Source: Candidatus Sulfotelmatomonas gaucii (GTDB taxonomy: Bacteria; Acidobacteriota; Terriglobia; Terriglobales; Acidobacteriaceae). Taken from it: 64,000 nucleotides of DNA. Location: assembly GCA_900290245.1 (NCBI GenBank), contig OKRB01000108.1, forward strand, positions 47,541 to 111,540. The letters are read 5' to 3'. Positions 18,793-27,781 of this stretch are shown here, piece after piece. Under the pieces are notes generated by a model. That model saw nothing but the letters and a program-made list of their open reading frames with translations, was not told the DNA's origin and made no database searches. Made by a program: the position numbers and the translations under genes. The stretch's first letter is position 1, and each line of letters begins with the position of its first letter.

Positions 18793-20220
18793 TCAGCCGG
18801 TCCGCTCGTTCAGCGCCGCCAGAATCTGCGGACCGAGTTGGCTCACGCTGCCCGCGCCCAGCGTCAGAATCAAATCGCCTTCGCGCGCCGCCGCCGCAGC
18901 CGACCGCACCGCATCACCAAACTCCGGGACAAATTCCACTTGCGGCCCGGCCGGCTTATTCCCCAATGCTTCATTCCTGATGCGCTCCGCCAGCCGCTCC
19001 GCCGTCACGCCCGCAATCGGCTCCTCGCTCGCTGCATAGATCGGCAGCACAATCACGGTGTCGGCATCTTTGAATGCGCCGCCAAACTCTTCCAGAAGAT
19101 CCCTGGTGCGTGAGTACCGGTGCGGCTGGAAAACGACGTGCAGCCTGCCTTTGCTGTACGCGCGCGCCGCTTCCAATGTGGCGCGAATTTCCGTGGGATG
19201 ATGCCCATAGTCGTCCACCACCACCACGCCGCGCGCCTGCCCGCGTTGCTGGAACCGCCGGTCCACACCGCGAAAGTGGCTGATTCCCTCCGCGATCTTC
19301 TCCGGCGAAATCTCAAGCTGCCGCGCAATCGCCACCGCCGCCGTCGCGTTCAGCACGTTGTGCCGTCCCGGAACGTGCAGCTCGAACGGCCCCAGCGGTC
19401 CGCTCGCCGTATGCACCTGGAATCGCGAAAAACAGCTTTCCAGCCCGGCCGCCCCGCCTGCGGTTTCGCAACCGCCCAGCAGTTCCAGCCGGAAATCAGC
19501 ACCCGCCGCCTCGCCATACGTGAACACACGCCGTTTCACCCGCGGCAGAATTCCCTTAAGCAGCGCATTGTCCACGCACGCCGTTACCGCTCCGTAAAAC
19601 GGCACGCGGTCCATGAAGTCTACAAACGCGCGCTCCACGTCCGCCATGTCGTGGTAGCAATCCATGTGTTCTCGGTCCAGGTTCGTCACGACGGCGAGAA
19701 TCGGAGAGAGCTTCAGAAACGAGCGGTCGCTTTCGTCGGACTCGGCGACCAGGTATTGCGTCGTTCCCAGCCGCGCGTTCGATCCCATCGCATCCACGCG
19801 TCCGCCCACCACCACCGTGGGATCCAGTCCGCCCGCCGCCAGCACTGCGGCCACCATCGATGTAGTCGTCGTCTTGCCGTGCATCCCGGCAATCACGATG
19901 CCGTACTTCAGCCGCATCAGTTCGGCCAGCATCTCTCCGCGCTGGATCACGGGAATCTTGCGCGCGTGCGCCTCCAGCACCTCGGGATTGTTCTTGCTCA
20001 CGGCGGAGCTGGTCACCACCACCGTCGCGCCCGTCACATTCGCCGCGTTGTGCCCCTCGTACACGGTCGCGCCCAGATGCGCCAGCCGGTCGGTCAACGC
20101 GCTGCGCCTCAAATCCGAGCCAGACACCTTCATCCCCAGGTTCAGCAGAATCTCGGCTATTCCACTCATGCCGATCCCGCCGATTCCGATGAAGTGCGCG
20201 TGCTGCGAAGTAGCAAACAT
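18793..20220 (-). CDS. murC: UDP-N-acetylmuramate--L-alanine ligase
   Basis: HFIGIGGIGMSG, GMHGKTTTT, ESDESD, DDYGHHPTE, FQPHRYSRT. Confidence 0.97.
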   Translation of the reverse strand: MFATSQHAHFIGIGGIGMSGIAEILLNLGMKVSGSDLRRSALTDRLAHLGATVYEGHNAANVTGATVVVTSSAVSKNNPEVLEAHARKIPVIQRGEMLAELMRLKYGIVIAGMHGKTTTTSMVAAVLAAGGLDPTVVVGGRVDAMGSNARLGTTQYLVAESDESDRSFLKLSPILAVVTNLDREHMDCYHDMADVERAFVDFMDRVPFYGAVTACVDNALLKGILPRVKRRVFTYGEAAGADFRLELLGGCETAGGAAGLESCFSRFQVHTASGPLGPFELHVPGRHNVLNATAAVAIARQLEISPEKIAEGISHFRGVDRRFQQRGQARGVVVVDDYGHHPTEIRATLEAARAYSKGRLHVVFQPHRYSRTRDLLEEFGGAFKDADTVIVLPIYAASEEPIAGVTAERLAERIRNEALGNKPAGPQVEFVPEFGDAVRSAAAAAREGDLILTLGAGSVSQLGPQILAALNERTG

Positions 20221-20303
20221 GAGAGGTGAAGGTTCAGGTTAGCAGAGGACAGCGGTTAGAGGTCGGCGATCAACCAAAAGTCGCCTCGTAGCGCGATGCA
20301 CGG

Positions 20304-21086
20304 CTAATTTGCTGTTGGATAGCGTTCGACATGGTCGATCGAAATCACTTCGACCGGACCCTTCACTGGAACAAGTCTGAATCCAAGCTGTTCGCGGATC
20401 GCCGTAAAGATCGATGGCCGATCGTCATCTGCCGGCATGTCTTCGGGAGAAGCTCCCTCGGGCCGCCACACTAAGGTGAAATCGAAAACCGAATTGAATC
20501 CCGTCTTGTCTTCTACGTAGCGTCCAAGTTGGTTCGATAGAACCTTCGCCAGCATTGCAGCGGTGACGTGCGTACCCGAAAGACGCCCCAGCACCATCAT
20601 ATTGAACGGGTCCTGGCTCACGACGGTTTCTGGATCAAGAACATGAACTCTCGGACCGCCGTCGTCCATTTCCAATCTGTAGAGCGAAAGTTGCCTCTGC
20701 TCTCTGTGAACCCTTAGGTTGAAGCGATCTGCAAGGAGCGTCTGCACCATGAGGTGTAGTTGATCGTGGGTCGGGTGCTCGATCGGCGATTTGCCTGTAA
20801 CGTCGAATCTCGCCGAGTCGAGCCAACCCGGCGTTGCCACTAACCGCTCAGCGGTGATGTCGTAGGCCCAGGTAATCAGCAGCCGGAGAGAGGTGTTTGA
20901 TGTGATAAAGCGCCCTCCCGGTGAATAACGGATCGCCACAATGCTTGTTGGGTCGCTCGATTTGACGGTTGCAACTTCGAATGCCGTCGGCGCAACGGTC
21001 GTCGATGCTGCGGCCTGCGCCGGCCCAAACGCTCCGCTGATTACCATAAAGCTTCCGGCCGCGATGGTCCTTGCTATTCGCAGCAT
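20304..21086 (-). CDS. TIGR03435-type (DUF3738) secreted protein
   Basis: FEVATVK, PGWLDSARFDVTGK, LLADRFNLRVH, VEDKTG, SIFTAIREQLG, IDHVERYPTAN. Confidence 0.85.
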   Translation of the reverse strand: MLRIARTIAAGSFMVISGAFGPAQAAASTTVAPTAFEVATVKSSDPTSIVAIRYSPGGRFITSNTSLRLLITWAYDITAERLVATPGWLDSARFDVTGKSPIEHPTHDQLHLMVQTLLADRFNLRVHREQRQLSLYRLEMDDGGPRVHVLDPETVVSQDPFNMMVLGRLSGTHVTAAMLAKVLSNQLGRYVEDKTGFNSVFDFTLVWRPEGASPEDMPADDDRPSIFTAIREQLGFRLVPVKGPVEVISIDHVERYPTAN

Positions 21087-21122
21087 TGTCGTGGTTCCTC
21101 AAACTCCCGCCGTGGCCGTTCT

Positions 21123-21509
21123 TCATTCCGGCAGCAGATACTCCAGCTCGTAAAAGTGCTCTCCGTCCTCCACGCGAATCGTGAACGTACCCTCGATCCC
21201 CTTCAGCTCGCCCGTCCCCGATCCCGGCACCACGATCACCTGCATCTTCGGCCCGCTTCCGTCCATCGTGGCAAAGTGCTGCAGCGCGAAGCTCCCATGC
21301 TTGCCGTGCAACATCCCTGTCGCCACTTCAATTGCAACGTATCCCGCCGCTCCCTGTTTCGGATCGCCGCAGGTAAACATCTCGCCGAGCGTCGTCGCTT
21401 CCACGTCGCCGTGGATTTGCTTGTTGATCGAAAAGCGTCCCACCCCCTCAACCGGCGCAGGCGTAAGCGGGCGAATGTCGACGGTGAATGTACCGTGTGC
21501 ACTTTGCAT
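21123..21509 (-). CDS. DUF3224 family protein
   Basis: AHGTFTV, GYVAIE, GSFALQH, VPGSGTGELKGIEG, HFYELEY. Confidence 0.85.
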   Translation of the reverse strand: MQSAHGTFTVDIRPLTPAPVEGVGRFSINKQIHGDVEATTLGEMFTCGDPKQGAAGYVAIEVATGMLHGKHGSFALQHFATMDGSGPKMQVIVVPGSGTGELKGIEGTFTIRVEDGEHFYELEYLLPE

Positions 21510-21792
21510 CGGGAACTCCCTTCAACAGCCCGATCGGAGCAAAGTAGAACACTGCTCCGCAACGATCGGCATCCATTGCATGCAATTCAGAATATCGCCC
21601 TGACCGCCGCCGTTTGACGCGCCCGCAGCAGAAAAGTTGCGCGTTTTTATTTTCGCGGAACATCCGCAACCTTTGCTCCTGCCGGTGTTTGAAATGGGCA
21701 GAACCGGAAAGCCAGGGGGCGGAAACCAAGCCCCAAAGGTGGTGGCGAACCGGTGGCGATCCGAAAGCTGGCTCGCCGGGAATGAAGGGATT

Positions 21793-22119
21793 ATGGGCAG
21801 CATTAAGAAATGGATGTTGGGAGCGGCATTGGCAATCGCGACCCTTGGACTGAGCGCAGCGCCTGCACAGGCAGCGCGCATCGGGGTCTACGTCGGCGTT
21901 CGCGGGCCGGTAGCTTATGTTCCGCCTTGCCCTGGACCGGGATACACATGGGTCGCGGGATATTGGGCCAATGGCTACTGGACGCCGGGCTACTGGAACT
22001 TCGTCGGCGTGGGCGTTGGCCGGCCGTTTATCGGCGGCCGGATTGTGGTCAATCGCGGCCCGGCCTTCTACCACCGCGATTTCGATCGCCACTTTGCCCC
22101 CGGACACTTTCGCAGGTAG
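21793..22119 (+). CDS. Small secreted YXWGXW-repeat protein
   Basis: Signal peptide ending AQA; PCPGPGYTWVAGYW..GYWTPGYW; GAAGGGA upstream. Confidence 0.75.
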   Translation: MGSIKKWMLGAALAIATLGLSAAPAQAARIGVYVGVRGPVAYVPPCPGPGYTWVAGYWANGYWTPGYWNFVGVGVGRPFIGGRIVVNRGPAFYHRDFDRHFAPGHFRR

Positions 22120-22146
22120 CTCCTCCTTCTGCTTCCTGCACTCGCA

Positions 22147-22177
22147 CGGCCTCTCCAAACTGGAGAGGCCGTTTTTT
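22147..22177 (+). terminator. Intrinsic terminator
   Basis: cggcctctcc-aaact-ggagaggccg-tttttt. Confidence 0.85.
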
Positions 22178-22461
22178 CTGTGTCCTTTGGCTTTTTGCCG
22201 CGTCTCATAAGGGCTGGCTGGCATACCCCGTCCGCCGGGGCGCGTCTTTGCGTTCTAAATTGATGAAATGCGGCAACTTGTTGCTTGTGTCAATCGTGGA
22301 CCGATTCTTTTGCCGGACCGCAACAAATAAGCGAAAATGCTGTTTAAGTAGATGAAGGCCGGCCAAAGATGAAAGAGGAACGGCCGGAGGGTGCTGGCGC
22401 CGGAGGCAACTCCGGGTCCCAGTCCGAAGAAATAAGGACAGGGCGGCACAAGGAGGGCGGT

Positions 22462-23151
22462 ATGAAAAAAGTCCGCTACATTGTTTTAGCAATGCTTTTG
22501 GTTCTACCCTTTGCCGTCATGGCAAATGCCCAGGTCGCGGTCGGAGTGGGTGTCGGCCCGGCAGTCGTCCAATATGACAACGGTTATTACGGCCCGCCCG
22601 ATTGCGAGTGGGGCTACTACTCCTATTACCCCTATGCTTGCGCTCCTTACGGCTTTTATGGTCCTGACTGGTTTGCAGGCGGCGTCTTCATCGGCGCTGG
22701 ACCATGGTATGGTTGGGGTCGTGGCTGGGGCCGTTACGGTTACGGCTATCGCGGTGGCTACGGCTATCGCGGCGGCTATGGTTATCGCGGCGGGTATGGG
22801 CGCGGATTCGCCAATGGCTATAACCACGGATACGCGGGTGGATACAACCACGGTTATGCCGGCGGCGTCGGCCGTGGCTTTGTCGGCGGAGGTGCCCGCG
22901 GATCCTACGGTGGTCCAGCCCGCGGCCCTGTCGGCGGCGGTTTTAGTGGCGGCGCTCGCGGCTTCAGTGGTCCAGCCCGCGGCCCTGTCGGCGGCGGTTT
23001 TAGTGGCGGCGCTCGCGGCTTCAGTGGCGGCACTCGCGGCGGCTTCAGCGGTGGCGCTCGCGGCTTCAGCGGCGGAGGCGGAGGCGGTGGTGGTGGCTTC
23101 CACGGTGGTGGCGGCGGCGGACACGGTGGCGGCGGTGGTGGACACCGGTAA
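22462..23151 (+). CDS. Secreted Gly/Tyr/Arg-rich low-complexity protein
   Basis: AGGAGG RBS; signal peptide ending ANA; CEWGYYSYYPYAC domain then YRGGY and GFSGGARG repeats and poly-Gly. Confidence 0.8.
   Translation: MKKVRYIVLAMLLVLPFAVMANAQVAVGVGVGPAVVQYDNGYYGPPDCEWGYYSYYPYACAPYGFYGPDWFAGGVFIGAGPWYGWGRGWGRYGYGYRGGYGYRGGYGYRGGYGRGFANGYNHGYAGGYNHGYAGGVGRGFVGGGARGSYGGPARGPVGGGFSGGARGFSGPARGPVGGGFSGGARGFSGGTRGGFSGGARGFSGGGGGGGGGFHGGGGGGHGGGGGGHR
22912..23025 (+). repeat. 2 x 57-bp exact tandem repeat (GPARGPVGGGFSGGARGFS)
   Basis: Identical units start at 22912 and 22969, followed by shorter degenerate units. Confidence 0.9.
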
Positions 23152-23196
23152 TTTCCGGCATCGTTAGCGGCGGGCGTAGTCCCGCCCAATCCCAGG

Positions 23197-23234
23197 AAGG
23201 GCTCGCCTGCTTCGGCAGTCGGGCCTTTTCTTTT
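23197..23234 (+). terminator. Intrinsic terminator with cUUCGg loop
   Basis: aagggctcg.ctgc-ttcg-gcag.cgggcc-ttttcttttc. Confidence 0.75.
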
Positions 23235-23267
23235 CTTACATACGTCCAATCTTGCCCCATTTGCAGT

Positions 23268-23311
23268 GTTACCCCATCCTTCGCACGATTCTTGCGCGAA
23301 GGGTGGGATCC
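23268..23311 (+). repeat. REP family A palindrome
   Basis: tgttacccc-atccttcgc-acgattcttgc-gcgaagggtgggatcc. Confidence 0.75.
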
Positions 23312-23534
23312 GCTCACTCGCTAATTCGCCTAATCCCTAATCCCTGGTCCCTGCTCCTCGTGCTTCCCCCCATTCGGGACGCCGTCCCGCCCGGCGGAGT
23401 AACATGGATTCGTGATCGCTTCGCCCGAATCTTCCCAATCGCTTTAGCAGGCTGTTCCCCAGCCGCTTCGGGCATTCGCAAAACAGACATCCTGGAAGTG
23501 AGCTAACGCTCGTCCTGTCGAGACTTAACGAGCT

Positions 23535-24512
23535 ATGAATCACCAGACACGCGTTTACGAAAACGTCTTTGAAATGATGCCGGATGAGGACAATCCCACG
23601 CCGCTCGTACGCGTCAACCGGCTCAATCCCAACGCGGACTTTCCCCTCTACGCCAAGCTCGAATGGATGAATCCCTTCGGCTCAGTCAAAGATCGCGCCG
23701 CCTGGTTCCTCCTCCGCGACCTTGAAGAACGCGGCGAGCTTTCCGACGGCCGCGGCTTGGTCGAGCCCACCTCGGGCAACACCGGCATCAGTCTTGCCGG
23801 CATGGCGCGCGCCCGGGGCCATCACATGCTGGCCATCGTCCCCAACAAAGTTCCGTTCGAGAAAAAGGTGTTGCTCAAAATTGCCGGCGCCGATCTCGAC
23901 ATCGTCTCCGACGAGCTCTGCCCCGCACCCGGCCTCGGCGACGGCTCCATCAACCTGGCCAAAACCTACGCGAAGGCGCAGGGCCACAAGTACGTCATGC
24001 CCAATCAGTATGAGAACCCGAAGAATGTTGAGGCCCACCTGAAAACCACCGGGCCTGAGATCTGGAAGCAGACCGGCGGCCGCGTCACGCACCTCTTCAC
24101 ATCGCTGGGCACCTGCGGCACCGTCACCGGCATCGGCCAGTATCTCCGCGAAAAAAATCCAAAAATCAAGATCATCGCCGTGCAGCCCACCGAGGGCCAC
24201 GACGTGCCTGGCCTCCGCAACGTCTCCCAGCTCAGCGTCTCCAGGCTCTTCGACCCTTCGCTGGTCGACGAGATTCTCGAAATCGACTTCAACCACGCCT
24301 ACACCCGCGCCCTTGAACTATGCCAGAATGAAGGCCTCATGGCCGGCCCCAGCTCCGGCCTCATTCTTGAAGGCGCTCTGCAGATTGCCGCACGCGACAA
24401 GAGCGGCTTCGGCGTCATGATCTTCCCCGACAACATCTTCAAATACACCTCCAACATGATCAAGCACATCCCCGAACTCAAACCTCAAGACGCAAAGGTG
24501 GAAATTCCATGA
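23535..24512 (+). CDS. PLP-dependent cysteine synthase family protein
   Basis: YAKLEWMNPFGSVKDR, EPTSGNTG, SLGTCGT, GPSSG; CysK versus CysM cannot be resolved by eye. Confidence 0.9.
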   Translation: MNHQTRVYENVFEMMPDEDNPTPLVRVNRLNPNADFPLYAKLEWMNPFGSVKDRAAWFLLRDLEERGELSDGRGLVEPTSGNTGISLAGMARARGHHMLAIVPNKVPFEKKVLLKIAGADLDIVSDELCPAPGLGDGSINLAKTYAKAQGHKYVMPNQYENPKNVEAHLKTTGPEIWKQTGGRVTHLFTSLGTCGTVTGIGQYLREKNPKIKIIAVQPTEGHDVPGLRNVSQLSVSRLFDPSLVDEILEIDFNHAYTRALELCQNEGLMAGPSSGLILEGALQIAARDKSGFGVMIFPDNIFKYTSNMIKHIPELKPQDAKVEIP

Positions 24513-25354
24513 CACAGTATGCTCATCCCGAAATCCTGGTCGACACAGACTGGGTGAAGCAGAATCTCGGCAAACCCGGGATCAAACTTGTAGAGGTCGA
24601 TGTGGACACGAAAGCGTACGACGCAGGCCACATCCGCGGCTCAGTCGGCTTCAACTGGCAGAGCCAGCTTCAGGATCAGGTCCGCCGCGACATCATCAGC
24701 AAGCAGGAATTTGAAAAGCTGATGAGCGACGCTGGCGTTTCCCCCAGCGATACCGTGATCCTGTACGGCGACAACAACAACTGGTTCGCTTCCTATGCCT
24801 TCTGGCTGTTCAAGATGTACGGCCACAAGGATGTCCGGCTGATGAACGGCGGCCGCGTCAAGTGGCTCAACGAATCGGACAAGGAGCTCACCACCGAGCC
24901 CACGAAGATCACTCCCACGCAGTACCGCGCCTCCGACCCCGATCTCAGCCTGCGCGCCCTCTTGCCTGAAGTGCTGAAAGTGCAGGCGGAAAAACGCCAC
25001 AACCTGGTCGACGTGCGCAGTCCCGACGAGTATTCCGGCAAGGTCATCGCGCCTCCGGGCATGACCGAAACCGCGCAGCGCGGCGGCCACATCCCCGGCG
25101 CCAAAAGCATTCCCTGGAGCACGGCAGCCAACGCCGACGGCACCTTCAAGTCCGCCGACGAACTGCGCAAGATCTATCTCGAAGACAAGGGCGTGGATGC
25201 GAAAAAAGACACCATCGCATACTGCCGCATCGGCGAGCGCTCAAGTCACACATGGGTCGTGCTCAAATATCTGCTTGGACTTTCCAACGTGAAGAACTAC
25301 GACGGCAGCTGGACTGAATACGGCAGCATCGTCGGCGCCCCCATCGAAAAATAA
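24509..25354 (+). CDS. Tandem-rhodanese thiosulfate sulfurtransferase
   Basis: YDAGHIRG, DVRSPDEYSG, GHIPGA, active-site loop CRIGER, NYDGSWTEY; ATGA overlap with the upstream gene. Confidence 0.92.
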   Translation: MTQYAHPEILVDTDWVKQNLGKPGIKLVEVDVDTKAYDAGHIRGSVGFNWQSQLQDQVRRDIISKQEFEKLMSDAGVSPSDTVILYGDNNNWFASYAFWLFKMYGHKDVRLMNGGRVKWLNESDKELTTEPTKITPTQYRASDPDLSLRALLPEVLKVQAEKRHNLVDVRSPDEYSGKVIAPPGMTETAQRGGHIPGAKSIPWSTAANADGTFKSADELRKIYLEDKGVDAKKDTIAYCRIGERSSHTWVVLKYLLGLSNVKNYDGSWTEYGSIVGAPIEK

Positions 25355-25385
25355 CCCACTTCATTTGGGAATAACTCACTCCACT

Positions 25386-25498
25386 GGGTGCCTCAGGTCC
25401 CGATTTTGGGACCTGGGAATGGCGCATGTCACCAGAAATGGGTGCCCCGTCCAAGCTCTGCTTGGGCGGGGTATCGGGATCGGGTGCCCCATCCTTTT
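25386..25498 (+). repeat. Cluster of three co-oriented REP family A variants
   Basis: gggtgcct-caggtccc-gatttt-gggacctg-gg (25386); gggtgcccc-gtccaagc-tct-gcttgggc-ggg (25440); degenerate gggtgccccatcctt (25482). Confidence 0.75.
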
Positions 25499-25540
25499 CA
25501 CAGCCCAATCCTGCAAATAGTGGCGTTGAGGTTCTGTTCC

Positions 25541-26635
25541 CTATTCCCTATTCCCTGTTTTTCCCATCTCCGCCAGCCGATCCGCAATCCGCTCCGCCGC
25601 GCCGGCGTGCGCCTGTGTCCGCGCCGCCGCGCCCATCGCCGCCAGCTTCGCCGGATCTTTCAGCAAGCCGGTCAACGCATCGAGCAGTTTCCCCGGAACC
25701 TCGAGGTCCGTCTCCGTCAGCATCACCGCCGCTCCGGCCGCCGCCATGGCTTCGGCATTGCGCCGTTGGTGCTCATCGGTCGCCGCGGCAAAGGGAACCA
25801 GCAGCGCCGGCTTGTTTGCAGCAGCCTCTTCAGCCACGGTAGTCGCCCCGCTGCGCGACAGGATCAGGTGCGCCCGCGCAAACTCCTCCGCCATCTTGTC
25901 GAGGAACGCGCGAACCACCCAGCGTGCAGGATCGGCGCCGCTCGCTTCATATGCTGCCTGCGTCGGTTCAAAATGCCGCAGCCCGCTCTGGTGCAGAACC
26001 GTCAGCCCCGGAACCGCCGCCAGCAGCTCTTTCACAATCCGCGGCATGTGCGTGTTGAATAAGCGCGCGCCCTGCGAACCGCCAAACACCAGCAGATGCA
26101 GCGTTCCACTCGGCGGCGGCGCCAAAGAAAAAAACTCCGCTCGCACCGGAACGCCCGTCACTTCGGCATTGCGGAACCACTTCGCCGCCGCCGGAAAGCT
26201 GATCGCCGCCGCCTGCACCCGCTTGCCGACCAGCCGGTTCGCGAAGCCCGGCATGGCATTCGGCTCATATGCCATCGTCGGAATCTTCGTCCACAGCGCC
26301 GCCGCCATGGCCGGACCCGAAGCGTAGCCTCCCACGCCCAGCACCGCGCTGGGTTGGAAGCGCCGGATGATTTTTTTGCAGTCAAAGATGCTGTCGGGTA
26401 AATGCGCGAGGGTCCGCAGCCGGGTCATCCAAGACACGCTTTTCAACGGGCCGACATCAATCAGTCGCAGTTCGAATCCCGCCTCGGGAATCAGCCTCGT
26501 CTCCAGCCCGCGCGCCGTGCCGACAATAAGAATCTCTGCCCCGTGCCGCTTCACCAGTTCCCGCGCCACCGCAAGCGCGGGAAACACATGCCCTCCCGTC
26601 CCCCCGCCGGCAATGAGGATTCTCAGTTCAGCCAT
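25541..26635 (-). CDS. murG: Undecaprenyl-PP-MurNAc-pentapeptide GlcNAc transferase
   Basis: AGGGTGGHVFP, GGYAS, EPNAMPG.AN, GGSQGA, SRSGATT. Confidence 0.97.
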   Translation of the reverse strand: MAELRILIAGGGTGGHVFPALAVARELVKRHGAEILIVGTARGLETRLIPEAGFELRLIDVGPLKSVSWMTRLRTLAHLPDSIFDCKKIIRRFQPSAVLGVGGYASGPAMAAALWTKIPTMAYEPNAMPGFANRLVGKRVQAAAISFPAAAKWFRNAEVTGVPVRAEFFSLAPPPSGTLHLLVFGGSQGARLFNTHMPRIVKELLAAVPGLTVLHQSGLRHFEPTQAAYEASGADPARWVVRAFLDKMAEEFARAHLILSRSGATTVAEEAAANKPALLVPFAAATDEHQRRNAEAMAAAGAAVMLTETDLEVPGKLLDALTGLLKDPAKLAAMGAAARTQAHAGAAERIADRLAEMGKTGNRE

Positions 26636-26642
26636 TCCTTTG

Positions 26643-26677
26643 CTCTGATCTCTGATCTCTTGTCTCTGGCCTCTGGC
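26643..26677 (-). repeat. Heptamer tract (CAGAGAU-like)x5 between ftsW and murG
   Basis: Plus strand ctctgat ctctgat ctcttgt ctctggc ctctggc. Confidence 0.7.
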
Positions 26678-26680
26678 GCT

Positions 26681-27775
26681 TCACTCCGCCTGCCGCGAGA
26701 TACTCAGCAAAATCCCGATCGACGCCAGCGTGCAAAACAGCGACGTCCCTCCGTGCGAGATCAGCGGCAGCGGAATGCCCTTGTTGGGAACCAGCGAAAG
26801 CACCACACTGATGTTGAAAAACGCCTGCAGCAGGATCGTGATCGTGATGCCGAAGGCCGCCAGCCGCGCGAATGGATTGCTGCTCCGGAAAGCCGTACGC
26901 AGCCCGCGCACGCCAAACGTGACAAACAACAACACGATGAACATTGCGCCGATAAAACCCAGCTCCTCGGCGATGTTGGCGAAGATGAAGTCGGTCGAGG
27001 CCTCGGGCAGATAAAACAGCTTCTGCATTCCTTCCATGTAGCCGCGGCCGGTTAGGCCGCCGGTTCCCACGGCAATCAGCGACTGGTAAATGTGATACCC
27101 GGCGCCCAGCGGGTCAGACTCCGGACTGAGAAACACCAGCAGGCGCTCGCGCCGCCACGGCACCCAAAGCAACAGAGCTGCCAGTGCGGGCGCGGCCGCG
27201 CATGCTCCGGCGAGCAGATACCTCCATTCCATCCCTGCCAGCACCAGCATCATGGCTGTTACGCCGGCCAGCACCAGCGCCGTGCCCAGGTCAGGTTGCG
27301 CCACCACCAGCACGGTAAACAGCACAGGGATGAGCGCCGCGGGAACGAGCGTTTGCCGCCAGTCGCGCATTTGCCCAAGCCGGTTGTGCAGGAACCACGC
27401 CAGGAACAGCACCAGGACGGGCTTGGCAATCTCAGAGGGCTGAAAGGTGAAAAAATCGCCGAAGCGAATCCAGCGATGCGTGTGATGCGAGCCCGGCATC
27501 AGAAAGACCAGCAGAAGCAGCACCGTGGTGATGCACAGGGCCGGATAAATAAATCGCGGCGAGTTGTAATGGCTCACGTCCACGTGCATCAGAACCAGCA
27601 TCGTCATCACACCCAGCAGCGCCCAAATGCCCTGCGTCAGCACGAAAGTGTAAGCCGAATGGTACCGCGCCTGATCGACGACGGCCGATGCGGAAAAAAC
27701 CATCACCAGGCCGGTCACAACCAGCACCAGCGTGGTGAAGAACAGCCATTTATCGACCCCGACTCGCTTCGCCAT
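26681..27775 (-). CDS. ftsW: SEDS peptidoglycan polymerase FtsW
   Basis: RWIRFG.FTFQPSEIAK, QPDLGT, PEASTDFIFANIAEELG, GIPLPLISHGGTS; dcw position. Confidence 0.95.
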   Translation of the reverse strand: MAKRVGVDKWLFFTTLVLVVTGLVMVFSASAVVDQARYHSAYTFVLTQGIWALLGVMTMLVLMHVDVSHYNSPRFIYPALCITTVLLLLVFLMPGSHHTHRWIRFGDFFTFQPSEIAKPVLVLFLAWFLHNRLGQMRDWRQTLVPAALIPVLFTVLVVAQPDLGTALVLAGVTAMMLVLAGMEWRYLLAGACAAAPALAALLLWVPWRRERLLVFLSPESDPLGAGYHIYQSLIAVGTGGLTGRGYMEGMQKLFYLPEASTDFIFANIAEELGFIGAMFIVLLFVTFGVRGLRTAFRSSNPFARLAAFGITITILLQAFFNISVVLSLVPNKGIPLPLISHGGTSLFCTLASIGILLSISRQAE

Positions 27776-27781
27776 ATCGCT

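Noticed and set aside
433-23151. YXWGXW and Gly-rich proteins as RiPP or bacteriocin precursors
   Set aside because: No modifying enzymes, dedicated peptidase or transporter nearby; they carry ordinary Sec-type signals.
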